Assembly: GCA_002269645.1 (NCBI GenBank)
Contig: NIVC01002930.1
Span: forward strand, 65,594 to 129,593
Origin: Macrostomum lignano
Lineage: Eukaryota
Length of the DNA stretch: 64,000 nucleotides
Direction: 5' to 3'
In this document: in pieces, positions 1 to 13,500 of the stretch
Position numbering within the stretch: position 1 is the first letter of the stretch
Layout of the letters: the number at the start of each line of letters is the position of its first letter
Translations under genes and position numbers: made by a program
The notes under the pieces: model-generated
The model's database searches: none
Told to the model about the DNA's origin: nothing
What the model saw: only the letters and a program-made list of their open reading frames with translations

Positions 1-238
1 AGTGGCTGCGGGCGGGCCGGTTGGCCTGGCGCTGGTTGCGCAGCACGAGAACAACGCCAGACTTGCCGGCAGTCGGGGCCTCGATGCCAACAGTCCTGCG
101 ATGGATCAGGCCATTTGAATTGAAGCTGTTGCGGCATTTCAGATTGCCAGCCTCAGTTGAGAATGCTTTGCGGCCGCGTTTGACTAGGAAACAGCTGTTC
201 CGCTTGATGAGCTCCCACTGCAGGTCTGCGCTGGCCAT
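1..238 (-). CDS. RPL28: 60S ribosomal protein L28 (eL28), 5' part; runs off the window start; not in the ORF track
   Basis: Manual minus-strand translation from ATG at 238: MASADLQWELIKRNSCFLVKRGRKAFSTEAGNLKCRNSFNSNGLIHRRTVGIEAP..., matching the eL28 pattern LQW-x-x-x-R-N-x-x-FL-x-KR...STE-x-x-NL...RNSF-x-x-NGLIH-x-KTVG. A splice acceptor (ctttcttccccag) lies at about 274. Confidence 0.93.
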   Translation of the reverse strand, partial: MASADLQWELIKRNSCFLVKRGRKAFSTEAGNLKCRNSFNSNGLIHRRTVGIEAPTAGKSGVVLVLRNQRQANRPARSH

Positions 239-1649
239 GACTTGAATTTCACTTGCTTTGCTTATTCTTTCTCCTGGGGAAGAAAGCGGCCTAGACTTTC
301 TTGCTGCAATTCAGGCAATAAGCAAAGTCTGGGGTTAAAACAACAATTAAAAGATAATGTTGAAATTTTCAAGTTTTGAAACCAGAAAACACTGGTTCTT
401 TTTAAAAGTATTTCAAGGCACAAAATGAAATGACCAAAAGTAGTCCTGAATCTGTAGAAAGACAACTACTAATATGACTACTGCCTACTGATAGTCTAGA
501 TAACCCTCTTAGAATCAAAATGAAAAACTTTATACTATGCCTGATATATTCTACAGATTTTTCCTATTTGTTTTGTTCTATTTTTGTTCTATGCACTCCC
601 TTACAATTTTTGGTACTTGGTTGATCAGTTTTGCAACATACCTGCTTGGCTGCCCTATCGCCTAGTCATGCTATAGCAATGAGAGCACTATAGGCTATAT
701 ATACAATATCCTTTTCTACTCTATTTTTCTCTCTATATATTTTTACAAGACTGAACTGAACCAACTTGAGACTTGTACTTCAATTGTAATTTACAATTTT
801 TTAAGTATAAATAGATTGCTTGTTGTGTTAACTTAGATGAAGAAATTAATTAGCACTAATGATTATATATATGACAAGAACATTTTGGCAATATAAAACT
901 ATATTTTTGTTAGCATTGCTTTTCTTTTTGTCTACACAAGAATGATACACTATAATTTCCAAATGACCAATTTATTATTGACATCCACCATAGGACATGA
1001 GTTATGAGCACTTAGGTTTTTTGTCAAAATTGTTATGCCATTTCAAATTTTGACATGCCATTGGCATAAATAGAAAATAGCACTTTGTGAGGCCATATTT
1101 AGTTTTTCCTTTCAGATTCAGATGGGAATGATAATAGCTTGCCAGTTTGGCAACCAGCAAGTATACACAATGTACAACATGACATGAGGACTTGAGCTTA
1201 AGGATGATTACAGTGACAAACAAGGTAATATTTGAACAAATTTAAAAGCAAAATTGAAATTTGGAATTGGGGATTTAGCATTGGCAGTTTGGCAATGGCA
1301 TAATGGCAAAATTGTTATGCCATTTTGGCATAACAGTATCAAAATTATTATGCCATTTTTAATTTTGACATGTCATGGCATGCCTGTGACACAAAAAACC
1401 CAAATAAGCACAAAGCATAGGGGCTAGTGTCTATGTAGATACACATGGCTATATGATAGCATATTCAGTGAAGGTTTTGTGACTTGGTCAATGTGCATGC
1501 TAAAGGAGAAAAGGAGAAGGAGAAAAAGGAGAAAAGTATTTTAGCAAATTAATATCTTTGCAAGGCAGGCAACTACAATACAATTACATAAAAAAGAAAA
1601 CAATTATAATTGTAAATTGTAAAGAGGAAAGAACTTTGCTCCCACTTTG

Positions 1650-4600
1650 GCCAACCCAATAGCAGCAGCCTTAACATCTTTAATGATGGCAGCTGTACCT
1701 GCATCAACCCGGCTACCAGAGGGAAATCTTCCCCCGATATTACTTTCGCTATGAGTGACCTCTCCTGCAAGGTGACCTGGTCCACGGGCCGAGTATCGGG
1801 TCTGATCATCTACCCATCTAGACCACATTACTTCAGAAAGCCACTCCCTTCCAAAAAACTGGGAGGAGCTGGTACAATTTCAAGAAAGCTGACTGGGGCT
1901 CTTTTCATCGCCACACTGACAAGTTCCTGGCTAAACTCCTAGCAAGTGACTAGCTCTCCATCGACAAGGCTCATTCTAACCTCATCGCCCTGATCACCCG
2001 GGCTGCTAGAGCCTCTATCCCTTATGGAAATGGCAAACGCATCAGGCCTCCTTTCTGGAACGAGCGCTGCCAGGAGGCGGCCAACAACAGAGAAGTGGCC
2101 TGGCTGGTAGCTATGGCGAACCCCGAAGATACTGATGCTATCACAGCCCTTGCCAACGCCAAGGCCGCTGCTGCCAGTATCATTAGAGAGGAAAGGTGCC
2201 ACCAATTCTACGACTCGGTTGCCTTGCTCGGGCCAGGTGATTTGCTATGGAGACTTATCAAACAATATGATGGTTGCCTGCAATCTGCCCACCTGGCGGC
2301 TATCTTCCCCAAGCCAGCTACTGAGCAATCTGTGGCCAAAAAGGCTGTTACCAACCGCCAAAAAGCCGAGCCTTTCTGTGCTGATTACGCGACAGTCTCT
2401 AGGCTTAAAAAGAACAAGGATGTCAACAGACCAATCATCATTGAAGCCCATGTTGCGACTAACACCTGTGATTGCTCCTGCGGGGATCTTAGGACGGATA
2501 TCTGTGCTCCCTTCACCACTACCGAACTCAATGTGGCGACCCATCAGATCAAAAACGGGAAATTGCCCAGAGTCGATGGTATCAATAACAAACTGCTTAA
2601 GCAACTGAGTGATAAAGGGCGAGCTACCCTTCTTGAGCTTTTCAACTGTAGCTGGACCACTGGCGAGGTCCTTGCCACATGGCGATGTGCTGAGATTATT
2701 GCTATTCTCAAAAAAGAGAAAGATGCTAGCGCTACCAGCTCCTACAGACCCATCTCTCTGCTCAGCTGCGTTGGAAAACTGATGGAGCATATGGTCACGA
2801 ACCGGCTGTATTTCTGGCTTGAGACCTGCAGCCTGCTAAACCACAATCAGACAGGTTTCTGTAAAGGACACTCTACCATGGACCAACTGATGCGCATCAC
2901 CCAAGCTATTTTTTATGCCTTCGAGCAGAAGAAACCAGAGCGCGCCATCCTTATCCTGCTGGACTTCGCCAAAGCCTATAACCAGGTGTGGCGCCTGGCC
3001 TTATACACAAAAATGGCATGGCTTGGCATCCCCAAGCATGTTATTCACTTCATCAAAAACCTCCTCTGCGACCGTCGCGCCTGTGTGCGCTGGGGGGGCT
3101 GCAACCTCCAACTGGAAAGTCTTCTCTGATGGCCTGCCCCAGGGGTCGGTCATTGCACCTCTGCTATGGCTTGTTTACGTCCATGACATTGACGACGGCA
3201 TCAACAAGAGCATCCACCATTCACTTTTCACCAATGACACGGCACTTCTGGCAACGGGCCGGTCAATGAATGCCTGCGCTGCGAAGATCCAACCTGCGCT
3301 GGACCATGTCATTACATGGACTAACAAATGGAAGGTGACGCTGAGCCACTCTAAATGCATCTTCACCACTTTCACGCTGAACCACAGTGAATGCGGTGGA
3401 AAGGTCCTTCTGACTCTGCACATTGAGGGTCAGGAGCTTACATACAATCTGTCACCTACTTTCCTCAGTCTACACCTTGACGATCAATTGACTTTTGCTA
3501 ACCATGTCAAGGCCATGTGCCAAAAAATGGCCAATAGGTGGCGCTGCCTACAAACCCTTGCTGGCAAGGTCTATGGCACTCATTGGACCACGCTGTGCAC
3601 TGCCTACATGGCCTACATCAGGTCAGTGTTTGATTACGGAGCTGCCATCTACTTCAATCACGCCGCGCCCACTCTCAGGGACAAGCTGGAGGCTGAACAA
3701 CATAAGTGCGCACACATCATCACCTGATGCCTCGGTGTCACGAATTGCCACTCTCTGCTTGCCAAAGCAGACCTTCCGGCACTGCACCTCTGCGCCAAAC
3801 AGCTCCTCAGCAATGAATTTATCCGCATCATGAGCCTGCCCAATGATGACCCAGCGCGAGAGTTGCTGTCGATCGCGCCACCGCCACGCCTCCGCAGCAG
3901 GGCGAATGAAACCTGGAAGTGCGAGGTCGGCCCCAATAAACCTGTCGATATTCTGAGATGGGACGAAGACATTACCTTGAGCAACAAACCTTGTTTCTGC
4001 TGCATTGGACAGTGGCTGTGCGAGCTCGCTGGGTTCCACCTGGAGGATCTCATGCGCCCTGTCGAGCCCGCACTCCCGCCATGGCACTGGCTGGATAAGC
4101 AGGTGACCATCGCGGTTGACCTGGTTGCCGCCACGTGCCGGAGTGACCCTCCCGACTTCTGCCGGGAGATTGCTGAGAGGACGCTGGGCCTCCTTCATCC
4201 GGCGGACGTGCTCATCTGGACCAATGGATCCACCCGGCCAGATGGCACTGCATCTAGAGGAGGAGCTGTTATCACCTCGGACCTTTTGGGTATCCAGAAA
4301 GATGTCTATGTGCCGGCCAGTTGCTGGAACAGTAGCACCAGTGCGGAACTTGTTGCGATCGAAGCGGCCCTTGCCTACCTGGCTGAGCTTCTCCATAGTG
4401 GCGGCAGCCTGGCCATTACTGTCAGGCTATGCACAGATTCCTGTGCCAGCCTCCAAACGATCCTGTGTGGCCTGACTATTGCGGCAGACAATGTCACCTG
4501 ATGCGTCTGGACTAATATCGCTGCCCTGCCGAGTGGCTGCAAAATTCACCTACAATGGGTGCCAGGTCACGCTAACCTCCCTAGGAACAAAGCGGCTGAT

Positions 4601-5120
4601 GAGCTGGCCAAGAGAGCTACAGAGGCTCAACAACAGCCGATTTCCATCACCCCTATTGCCGCTAGGACTGCCATCAATCATGTTATCCAAGGTTGGCATA
4701 AAACGCGAGACCATATGCACCCATTCCCAAGCTCGACGCCTGGCCACGACGATCTCCTGAGATGGGGCCAGGTCACACTTTGCCAGCTGAGAATGCGCAA
4801 ATCCCCGCTCATGCGTGACACACTCCACCGATTTGGTCTCACTGCTAACGACCGATGCACTACCTGTGGAGAGTTGGACTTGGTTGAGCATCTGCTCCTA
4901 ACCTGCCCAGGCTACCACCAGGCTCGCATCTGCACCTGGGGTGGTATCAGCATTGATTGGAATACCGTGCTAGGGGGCGAGGGCAGCCTCCTCTGTGATT
5001 AACTGCACAGGGTAGGCCGCCAAGAACCGCCTATTGACGATCTAGGTGGCAGAGCAGCCCCGATTCGGTCTCCCGCAGGTGGCCGCAGGTCAGAGTGAAG
5101 AGAGAGAGAGAGAGAGAGAG
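1650..5120 (+). mobile_element. 5'-truncated, decayed non-LTR retrotransposon with APE-RT-RNase H-zinc finger ORF2 (I/Ingi-group-like); (GA)n at the 3' end
   Basis: APE remnants LNIFNDGS..SSPDITF..GSDHLPI (about 1670-1820) and WYNFKKADW. RT motifs YRPISLLSCVGKLME, LDFAKAY, GLPQGSVIAPLL and LFTND (degenerate ADD). RNase H motifs IWTNGS, AELVAI, TDS and WVPGHANLPRNKAADELAK. C-terminal CTTCG...EHLLLTC. Several stops and frameshifts. Boundaries approximate. Confidence 0.9.
2095..5002 (+). pseudogene. Disrupted LINE ORF2 (RT plus RNase H) split over ORFs 2095-3129, 2915-3727, 3830-4501 and 4559-5002
   Basis: Consecutive domain motifs fall in different frames; catalytic Asp residues read as Asn (FTND, WTNGS). 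Confidence 0.88.
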
Positions 5121-5606
5121 CAATAGCAACAGCAATAAGAGCAGTAGATGACAGGAGTGTAGCTGATGTCTTGATCAGTGCAGATATGGTATGTCTGGGA
5201 TAAAGTATACATACACACATTAGTTTATTGTATTACAAGTTTGTTTAGGATGGTAGCTTTGACTAAATCAGCCTTACTATCTAAAGCTAGGGCACTTTGC
5301 AGCAAACTATAGAAGACTGCTAGCCCACTATAGCCACAGCTCTATGTCAGTGCCAAAAGATAAGTAGACATTGACATAGACTTATATACTATTGAAAGCA
5401 ATGAAATTAGTGAAATATCTACCCACCTTAATTTAGACATATCCTTATCTTACTTTTATGCAAACAAATGAAATACATTGCAGATATAATTATATTATTT
5501 AATGGATAATAGATAATAGAATAATTTATAATGAATTCTATGGTGGAACTCTTGCTACATTTTTGTTCATAAATTTTGTTTCCATTGTGTATTTCCATGC
5601 TTGGGT

Positions 5607-5758
5607 GCAACCTAGGGATTCACCTGGCCATTTCTATTGGCAACACATTCATGTAAGTTGCTATTGGATAGAAAAGTAGTCATGTGACTACTCTTAGCCA
5701 ATAGCAACTTACATGTGTATGTTGCCAATAGAAATGGCTTAGTGATTCCCAAGGTTGC
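5607..5758. repeat. 152-bp near-perfect palindrome (foldback/MITE-like hairpin)
   Basis: GCAACCTAGGGATTCAC..GCCATTTCTATTGGCAACA..CATGTAAGTTGCTATTGG..AGTAGTCA pairs with TGACTACT..CCAATAGCAACTTACATG..TGTTGCCAATAGAAATGGC..GTGATTCCCAAGGTTGC. Confidence 0.85.
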
Positions 5759-6460
5759 CTATGTATGTCTATTTTTAATGATAATTAAAGCTAATATGAA
5801 GAAAAAGTTGCTATTATAAATTTGTGCAAAATGATATTATTTGGATTAGCAGAATGAAAGATATAATGAAAAGCAACATTACTTTTCTTGGCTTTGTCCC
5901 TTCTATTATTCCATGGCGATGCCCTTGTATAAATCCTTTCTTTGGTTTACAAAAATCTTTTTTTCTTTTTTGCATTATTTTTTACTTAGCTTTTGCAAAA
6001 ATTTTTTTTTGATTTTTCCAATATTCTTATCTAATTCAAATATTCTATTTAATCTTTCTATATCTATGACTATATCTATTCTATATCACACTTACTTTTC
6101 AATTTCAAGGTGCAATTTTAAAATTTAGGCTGCATATATACACTGCGAATAAAAAATAAACCAAGTAAACAACAATTGATTAGGTTTATCTAGTCACTTT
6201 ATCATTTATTAATCAACAATAAAACAATTTAGGTTAGTTTGTCATCTAAGGCTAATAAAGTGGCAGATAACAAAGGGTCTACAATCCAAGGGCTTACCCC
6301 TAGCCTTTTGACTTGAATTAGCCTAGATAAAAATGAATTTTTGTGCCATTCTTAGGTGTCCTATTAAAAAAAATATAAAATTACTATTGATAAATAGTCT
6401 TCTTTTTATTTAAAGGCTAGCCTAAAAATAATATAGTAGGAGCCTATGCAAACTCAAATA

Positions 6461-7122
6461 GAAGTGTTTATCCCCACAGTCCCATGCCAATAATTCTAAT
6501 TTTATCCACATGGATCTGTCAATAATTTCCAGCTTATCCCTATGGCAGCTTATTGGAATTGGAATAAAGAACCTTAAAATGAATCTGTTCAGAAATTGTC
6601 TTTTTGTTTTTACTGTTTTACAAATCTTCTAAATAAACTACATGTATTAAATATTGAATAGTATCAAGTAACTTTGCTAAAACTTTTTGTCATTAAAAGG
6701 GTTAATTTTAAATATTTGCTTAGTTGCTGACTTTGCTTAGAACAACCAAATGACCCAAAGATTGAGCTGAGCTGAATGAGACTTGCAAAATTCAAAAATT
6801 CAAGATATAATAATAATGATATTAATACTAATAATAATGACAATATCAATATCAATTTAACATCAATACACAAAGCTAAACACAAACAGCTGCACAATCT
6901 TAGCTATAGGGTCTCCACAGTGAGGAATGGGGATAAGCTGAAAATTATTAACATGGATTTGTGTGGATAAAATTAGAATTATTGACATGGCCAATATGAG
7001 CTAGACTTGAATGGTGGCAGCTATTTTAATAAGCTGCTATGAGGATAAGCTGGCATTATTGACATTTATCCATGTGGATAAAATTGGAATTATTGGCACA
7101 GGACCAGGAAGATAAACATTTC
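6461..7122. mobile_element. Non-autonomous TIR element (MITE-like) with about 90-bp imperfect terminal inverted repeats
   Basis: 6461-6552 (..GCCAATAATTCTAATTTTATCCACATGGAT..CCAGCTTATCC..) is the reverse complement of 7030-7122; a partial extra copy of the right arm lies at about 6928-6990. Confidence 0.7.
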
Positions 7123-10100
7123 CAACTTAAATATGCCTTAGGTGAGGTCAAATTATTAATAAAGTAATAGGCCTATTGGCCTAACTTAATATATTGTATT
7201 GAAATTAGATTAGGCTGGCTATAAAGAGCTAAATATAGGCCTACTCAACAACATTAAAAAGTTGTTACTTTTGAGAGTGCGCAGTAAATTCCAGCTCAGT
7301 TTGACTTTTGAGTGACGCAACTTGCGCCACGCAGAGGGCGAAGAGTGGGAAGAGGGATTGGGAAGAGCAAAGGGCAAAGATTGGATGGATTGAAGCTTCC
7401 ACCTAGTTTTATTTGTTTTTCAAGCATTTTTTAATATCAAAATGGCTGGCCAGGTGAGGTGATAGACATTGGTCAAAAGGTACTCATGCTCACTAGGACA
7501 AATGGGTGGCAACTTTTCAATGTTTCTGAGTATATATATAAACAAAAAATATTAACTTTGTAATAATAGTCACCTGATAAAATAGTTACAATTCAACATT
7601 GATTTAATTAAAAAATGGGTCTATTAAATGAATGCCAGTTTCCAAACAACATTTTGCATAGGGGCCAATTTAAAAATTTTTGTAGGGCCTATGACATGTT
7701 ACGGCTATGTAAAATTTAGGCCTATTTTAGGCTTAGCTGGGCAATATTTTCGATATTGAATAGGCCCCTAATAATACTAATATGCCTAAGCCGAGCAGTT
7801 AAATGTTTTGAAAAAATGTTTTGAATACAAGTATTGAAATAGGCCTATAAATAAAAGATGCTTAGGTTAGGCTAGAAAATATCAACATTAGCAGACGCAG
7901 ACGCATGCTTGCTTTAACTAGTAACTGTCTTTTTGTAGGCCTACTTTATTTTTTTCTTCTGCTTTCTTTTCTTCTTTAAAGAGGGCAAAGACAAGTGAGT
8001 TCTTAGTTTAATAACTTAGTTGGATGAGTTTCATCGAAATTATCTAGGCTATAGATGATAATTTGCACTAATCGCGCCCGACTTAAAAGCAAGGACGCAA
8101 GCAAGTCGTCCAGGTTGCTTAAAAGATTAATGCATCTTCAAAATTTGAATGAAATTTGCAAGTTGAAACAACAATTATTAATAATTAATATACGAAGAAA
8201 TACATTAATCGCAAGTTTTAAATATAAAGTTTTTTCATTTAAGTTTATTTAAACCATTTGTTAAAGTTGGTATTGTCCATGCTTGTTGGGGCCTTTTCAT
8301 ATTACCAATTCCAGAACCAGAATCGGTTCGGAATTCCAAGAAAAACAGCAGTATGTAACTATTAAACTCTGTTAATATTTGACTGCCTTAACAACCTAAC
8401 TTAGCACAATTTTTCACTTTCTTCTTGGCGATTGTCATTCAATAATAAAAACTTTATAGCACGTATCTCCCTCTAGTTATGGAGACAAAAAGTTATACTT
8501 CACAAATTGGTTCTGGTTCTGGAACCAGAGCAAGCAATATGAAAAGGCCCTTGGTGTTGTTTTTCCATGTAATTCCATGAATAAAGAAGCAAGACCATGG
8601 GTGTGCAAACTGCAGCGCGGAGTCCAGACAAAAAAGCACTTCTTGAGTAATCCTTGGGAAGTGATAGAGAGATCGAGAGAGAGATCGGAGCCAACCTACA
8701 AACTTCAAAAACTACTTCCAGTGCTTTAAAGTTCTGAGGTACCCATTTAATTGTACTGTTCAAATAGATAATTGCCTTAATGAAAAGTTGAATATTCTCA
8801 TTTCTCTACAGTCTACACCACACCACAGTCCACACACTTCAGTAATTCATATACATGGTTACTTACTTGTACAGCAGCAGTATAGCACTTGCGAGGCTTT
8901 TTTTAAAGTAGGCCTAGATATTCAAATGTTTTTTTAACTGATGTCAACCTAGGTCCTAGGGCTAGGCTAATAGAGTTGAAAAAATAAGCTATTTTTAAAT
9001 GCTATCAATATCATGACAACTTTGGATTTGCAATTGCCAATTGCTTATTTAACCTAGGTCCTACTCCTAGGCTTTTGTATTCAAGCATTTTAAATTTTTA
9101 CTCAGTTGGTAATAGTAATAACTGGGCTGTCTACCAAATGTTTATATAGGCCCTATGCTATTATTTTTTTCAATTGATTTATTATATTATAAGTGGTAGT
9201 AGTCTAATCCAATTATGATTTTTGTCTTTTATTTTTAAGCAGATTTAATCAATATATTTTAATAAGTTCTTCAATAGCAAAACAGGTAAAAGACCTATTT
9301 TTGATTAGACCTAAATAGATCATCAACTAATATGATGGTTTTAATTGCCCCTTGCCCTCACTGCACCCCCTTCCCCCTATAGTCCCAAAGATGTTCTATG
9401 CATGCCATAAAACTTTTTGACCCTATATGCTATATGCCAAGATTATTTAGAAATCTTATGCATAGGCCCCTATTGCATGCCATATGCCAAGGCCCTTATC
9501 TATATTTAGACGCTGTATACAAGACTTAGGAGTTAAAAGCAAAAATGTGCTTGTATATTTTTCAGCACTTTGCTTAAGTAAAAGCAATAAAGCCTGTTTA
9601 AACAAATTAAAAATGTTCTTTTCCATGGATCAGTTTACTTTTGAGTCTTATTTTGCTGCAAAGTTACAAATATATATATATATTGTATTATAGGCCCTAA
9701 CTATTTTAAAACTGTTATAACAAAAGTTATTGAAAAAATAATTTAAAGATATTACCAATTAAAAATTTCCATGATCCAGCCAAATCCAAACCTCTGTTAT
9801 ATTTCTAAATTAATTTTGTATGTGGCTACATATTAAAAATGTTTTTTATACTTGTATATGCCACTATGGGCAAAGTCTCATTGCATACAATAATATACAC
9901 AATGCAGGGGCCAAAAACCCTCATGCATGCTAGGAACTCTTAGAGAAAATAGCATCTTTGGGAGAGTGGCCCCCTTTATGCTATGGTTATGGTTGGCAAT
10001 GATAGCATTTATAATCAAGAAAATTTTTTTTTCATAGAAAATTCTAGCACAAAAAGAGGTTAGATTATGAGCTTGTATATATATGCCATGCTAATGCATT

Positions 10101-11547
10101 CTTGTCTAATAGCTGGGATGTCAATAGCAATAGCAAACAAGGGGGAAAATCTGGCATAGTATAGTGCAAGACAAAAACTTATAGCTAGACAATATTTTTG
10201 TAAATAGAAAATTAGCATGTAATTTCTTTTTATTAGCTCTATTTTGTTTGCCTGTATATTTGATGGCTTTTTAATTTAAATATATTAATTTTGCATTTTC
10301 TATAAAACAGATTCAAATATAAGTTTTACTAGTTTTTTAAAATAGAAAATATTGATTCTTGTATTTGTATATTTTTTCTAGCATTCAGTACTTATTTGAT
10401 AAGATTTGTTATAGCATGTTCCAATGCAGGCATTCTGTGATCCTGATTCTTTTCCTTTGCCCTAAAAAATCCCCATTTAGTCAAAAAAGAGGCTTAAATC
10501 ACATGGCTAGTTTAAATCAAGAAGATTGTATTTATATGCTTAATTTTTTCAGTACAATGTATCTAATATATTATAGGGCCTAGTGATTTTCTAGTGTTAT
10601 ATAGTACTGCCCCTTTGTTTGTTATATATTATAGTGCTATCACTAATTTTTAAAACCCATCCCCATTTTATATTTCTAAATTTGCATTTAATTGCAATTT
10701 TAAAAAAAATAAATTAGTATAAAAAAAGTTAAACATTGCCTATTGCCCTTTGGCTTTAGGCCTATAAATATACTTATCTATATACTAAGCCTAATTGCTT
10801 ACCTTGGAACTATGGTAGATAGTGTCTAGCATAAATTAGCTTTTTGTTAGACTAGTATAGTATAGCACAACATGACCATGTGGCATAGTATAGTATAAAA
10901 TAATAGTGTAGAAATATAGTATAAAGAAACATGGTGGCACATTTCAATATATTAAAAAAGGTATAGCATAGAAGCAAGATAGGAAGAGATATTGCTAGAG
11001 CTTGGCCTATGCACTCTAAACCAGAGGAGATATCATTTGGATAGCTTGTCCCTTTATCAAAATACTTCTCTACATTTGCCAAGAAGGAACCAAATAAAAA
11101 GAAACAAGATTGCTTATTAGCTTTCTAAGGTTTTTACTATATAATTACTAGACAGTTGCATATATTTCTATTGCCAGAAGTGCATGTCATTAATGATAGT
11201 AGCAAAAGTCTAACTGATTAAGCAAGTTATCTCATGTATAAGAATATAATAAGTTAAGGCCTCTACCCTATGCATGTGACAACTATAGTTATCAAAGGTT
11301 TAGCCATAGACACTACCATGTCTTTGGACATGTTAGCAGTAAAACTTCAAAGTAAAAAAATTAAGAAAAAAGCTTTTTAGTATTTTTGCTAGACAATATG
11401 CCAATTTTGTAATTGATAGAAATGTTTAGAAGTGTTTTTATCTATATACATACTTATTGATTTAGTTGACAAATGGTTGAAGATAGAAAAAATCTAGTAT
11501 GACTTATTTATTACTATGATTTGAAGTTGTGCATTATTTATTATCAT

Positions 11548-12341
11548 CAGGGGCAGATTTAGGGAGGGAGAAAGGGGTTGGGTGGCCATCCCTCCCCCTT
11601 AAAATAGCTTGATAGAGTATATTGCACCCCCAAAACCAATTTTGCACCATTTAAACTTGATTTTTACCCTTACACACATTTTTTGCCCCTTTCAGGCATT
11701 TTTGCACCTTTTAAGCTTGATTTTAGCTCTTTAAATGCATTTTTTGCACCTTTTCATGTATAAAAATTGTAAGATCAAAAAATTAAGCTTAAATCAAAGC
11801 TTAAAAATTGGCACCTTTTATGTTGTTATTGATGTCCCAACATACATGCCCAACCTCAAAATTTCACCTATCCAGTGCAACTTAGTTTAGTCTAGATTTG
11901 CGACTTAGTTTCTCCCAATTGCGACTTAGTTCCTCTTGATTGTGATTTAGTTCCTCCCAATTGCGACTTAGTTTTTCCCGATTGCAACTTAGTTTTTCCT
12001 AATTGCAACTTAGTTCCTCTCAATTGCAACATAGTTCCCCCAATTGCAACTTAATTTTCACTTTGTATATGACTTTTCTTGCCTTTTTTTTTTTCTTTTC
12101 TTTCTCTTTCTCCTTCCTCTTTCCTTTCTCTCTTTTTCCCTCCTTTCTTTTCCTTTTCTCTTCCTTTACTTTTTTTCTTCTCTGAATTTTTCATTTTTTT
12201 CATTTTTGATTTTGCAACTTACCTGGACCAAGGGCCATTTTACCCATCCAGTTTGGATGGATCAGATAGGTGTTGGACATGTACTTGTATATGTCCCAAA
12301 CTTGGACTACCCCTCAAAATGAAATTTTAGATCTGCCACTG
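11548..12341. mobile_element. hAT-like non-autonomous element (794 bp)
   Basis: Termini CAGGGGCAGATTTAG and TTAGATCTGCCACTG are inverted. 8-bp flanks ATTATCAT (11540-47) and ATTATCTT (12342-49) match 7/8 as a TSD. Internal ~21-bp GCGACTTAGTT repeats. Confidence 0.75.
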
Positions 12342-12464
12342 ATTATCTTTATCATGAATTTATTCATTATCTTTAACTTTTATTTATAAACATGAAAATT
12401 GAGCTATGGATTGCAAAGCTATGAAAGAAATTCTGGGAATTTTTAGGATACCCCCCATATATTG

Positions 12465-13320
12465 TGATGTGTCCCTTATTACCCGACTTTCGATAATCAA
12501 GGAACAATCACTTCTAGCTCAGCAGCTAGGCAACCCAGTAAGTCAACAGAAGGTATTCAATTACCTTGAGTCCTTTGGAGATCTCTCGGAGTAGTTCTCG
12601 ATTGTCTTCAGTTGCTCTCGTATAGTCACTTCTGACTTTCGTTTGTAGAGCGGGTCCGATTCTTCTTTCTTCTTCAAATAGTTCCGGCCGGATTCTGTTG
12701 CTCGGACCAATGGGAAGCTTCCGAATTAACAGTGGGATCCCTGCGCCAAACTGTGGTCTAAATTAAGCCTCCTTCTTCGAGCAGTGCCTCTATGCACTCT
12801 AGGTATAGCTCCGGAAACCACTGATAGTCCTCTAAGATCTATCAGGGGCAGTCCTTCTGGAGACTGCAACCAATGGAGTCTAAACAGACTCAAGAGTCTC
12901 AACAGACTCAAATAGACTCAAGTCTCAATAGACTTGAGCGAGACGTCTCTAACACAACGGCGCAAATAAGGAAGGCTTACCGCAACAACTCGACCGAGTC
13001 TCGATGGACTTGGTATATCAGGAAGTCCTCCTAAGGCTTCCTCTTCGGAGCGCTCCTCTTCCGTGGGGAGAATGGCTCCGGTACCGCTTCAGATCGCTTG
13101 TATTTATAGACAAGTTTTTGATCCAAAATAGTATCATGACAATTCACGTGTTGCGCTAAAAGGGGAAAATGGCTCATGGCGTATTATTCTGGTAACATCT
13201 TTTTCTGGTAGCGTGATTCATTCAAAGCTTAGGCGCACATGCGTGTACTTACTTACTTATAGTAGTATTATACGATTATCTTCTTTTTTCCTTTTTTAAC
13301 GGGAGGTAGAACACTCTACA
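12465..13320 (-). repeat. 3' LTR (856 bp)
   Basis: Direct repeat of 22171-23025; by eye 3 C/T substitutions and one 1-nt indel. Confidence 0.97.
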
Positions 13321-13323
13321 AAA

Positions 13324-13335
13324 TCTCCCTTTTTT
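13324..13335 (-). other. Polypurine tract
   Basis: Minus strand AAAAAAGGGAGA, 3 nt before the 3' LTR (TGTAGAG..). Confidence 0.85.
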
Positions 13336-13500
13336 ACGAAAAAACTCGTCCCGAGTTTTAACAATAAAATTCTGTGGTGATCAGTTAATATAGGAAATAA
13401 ACAATTGATTTTGTGCGCGTCTAGTGAAGCGAGGGTTTGGTCAAAACTCTAAAAACTTTTCAGTACATATTGCGGTCAAAACTCGAATATCGCGTAGACA

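Noticed and set aside
12406-12911. Short ORFs duplicated at 22052-22617
   Set aside because: They lie within the LTRs and are duplicated only because the LTR is.
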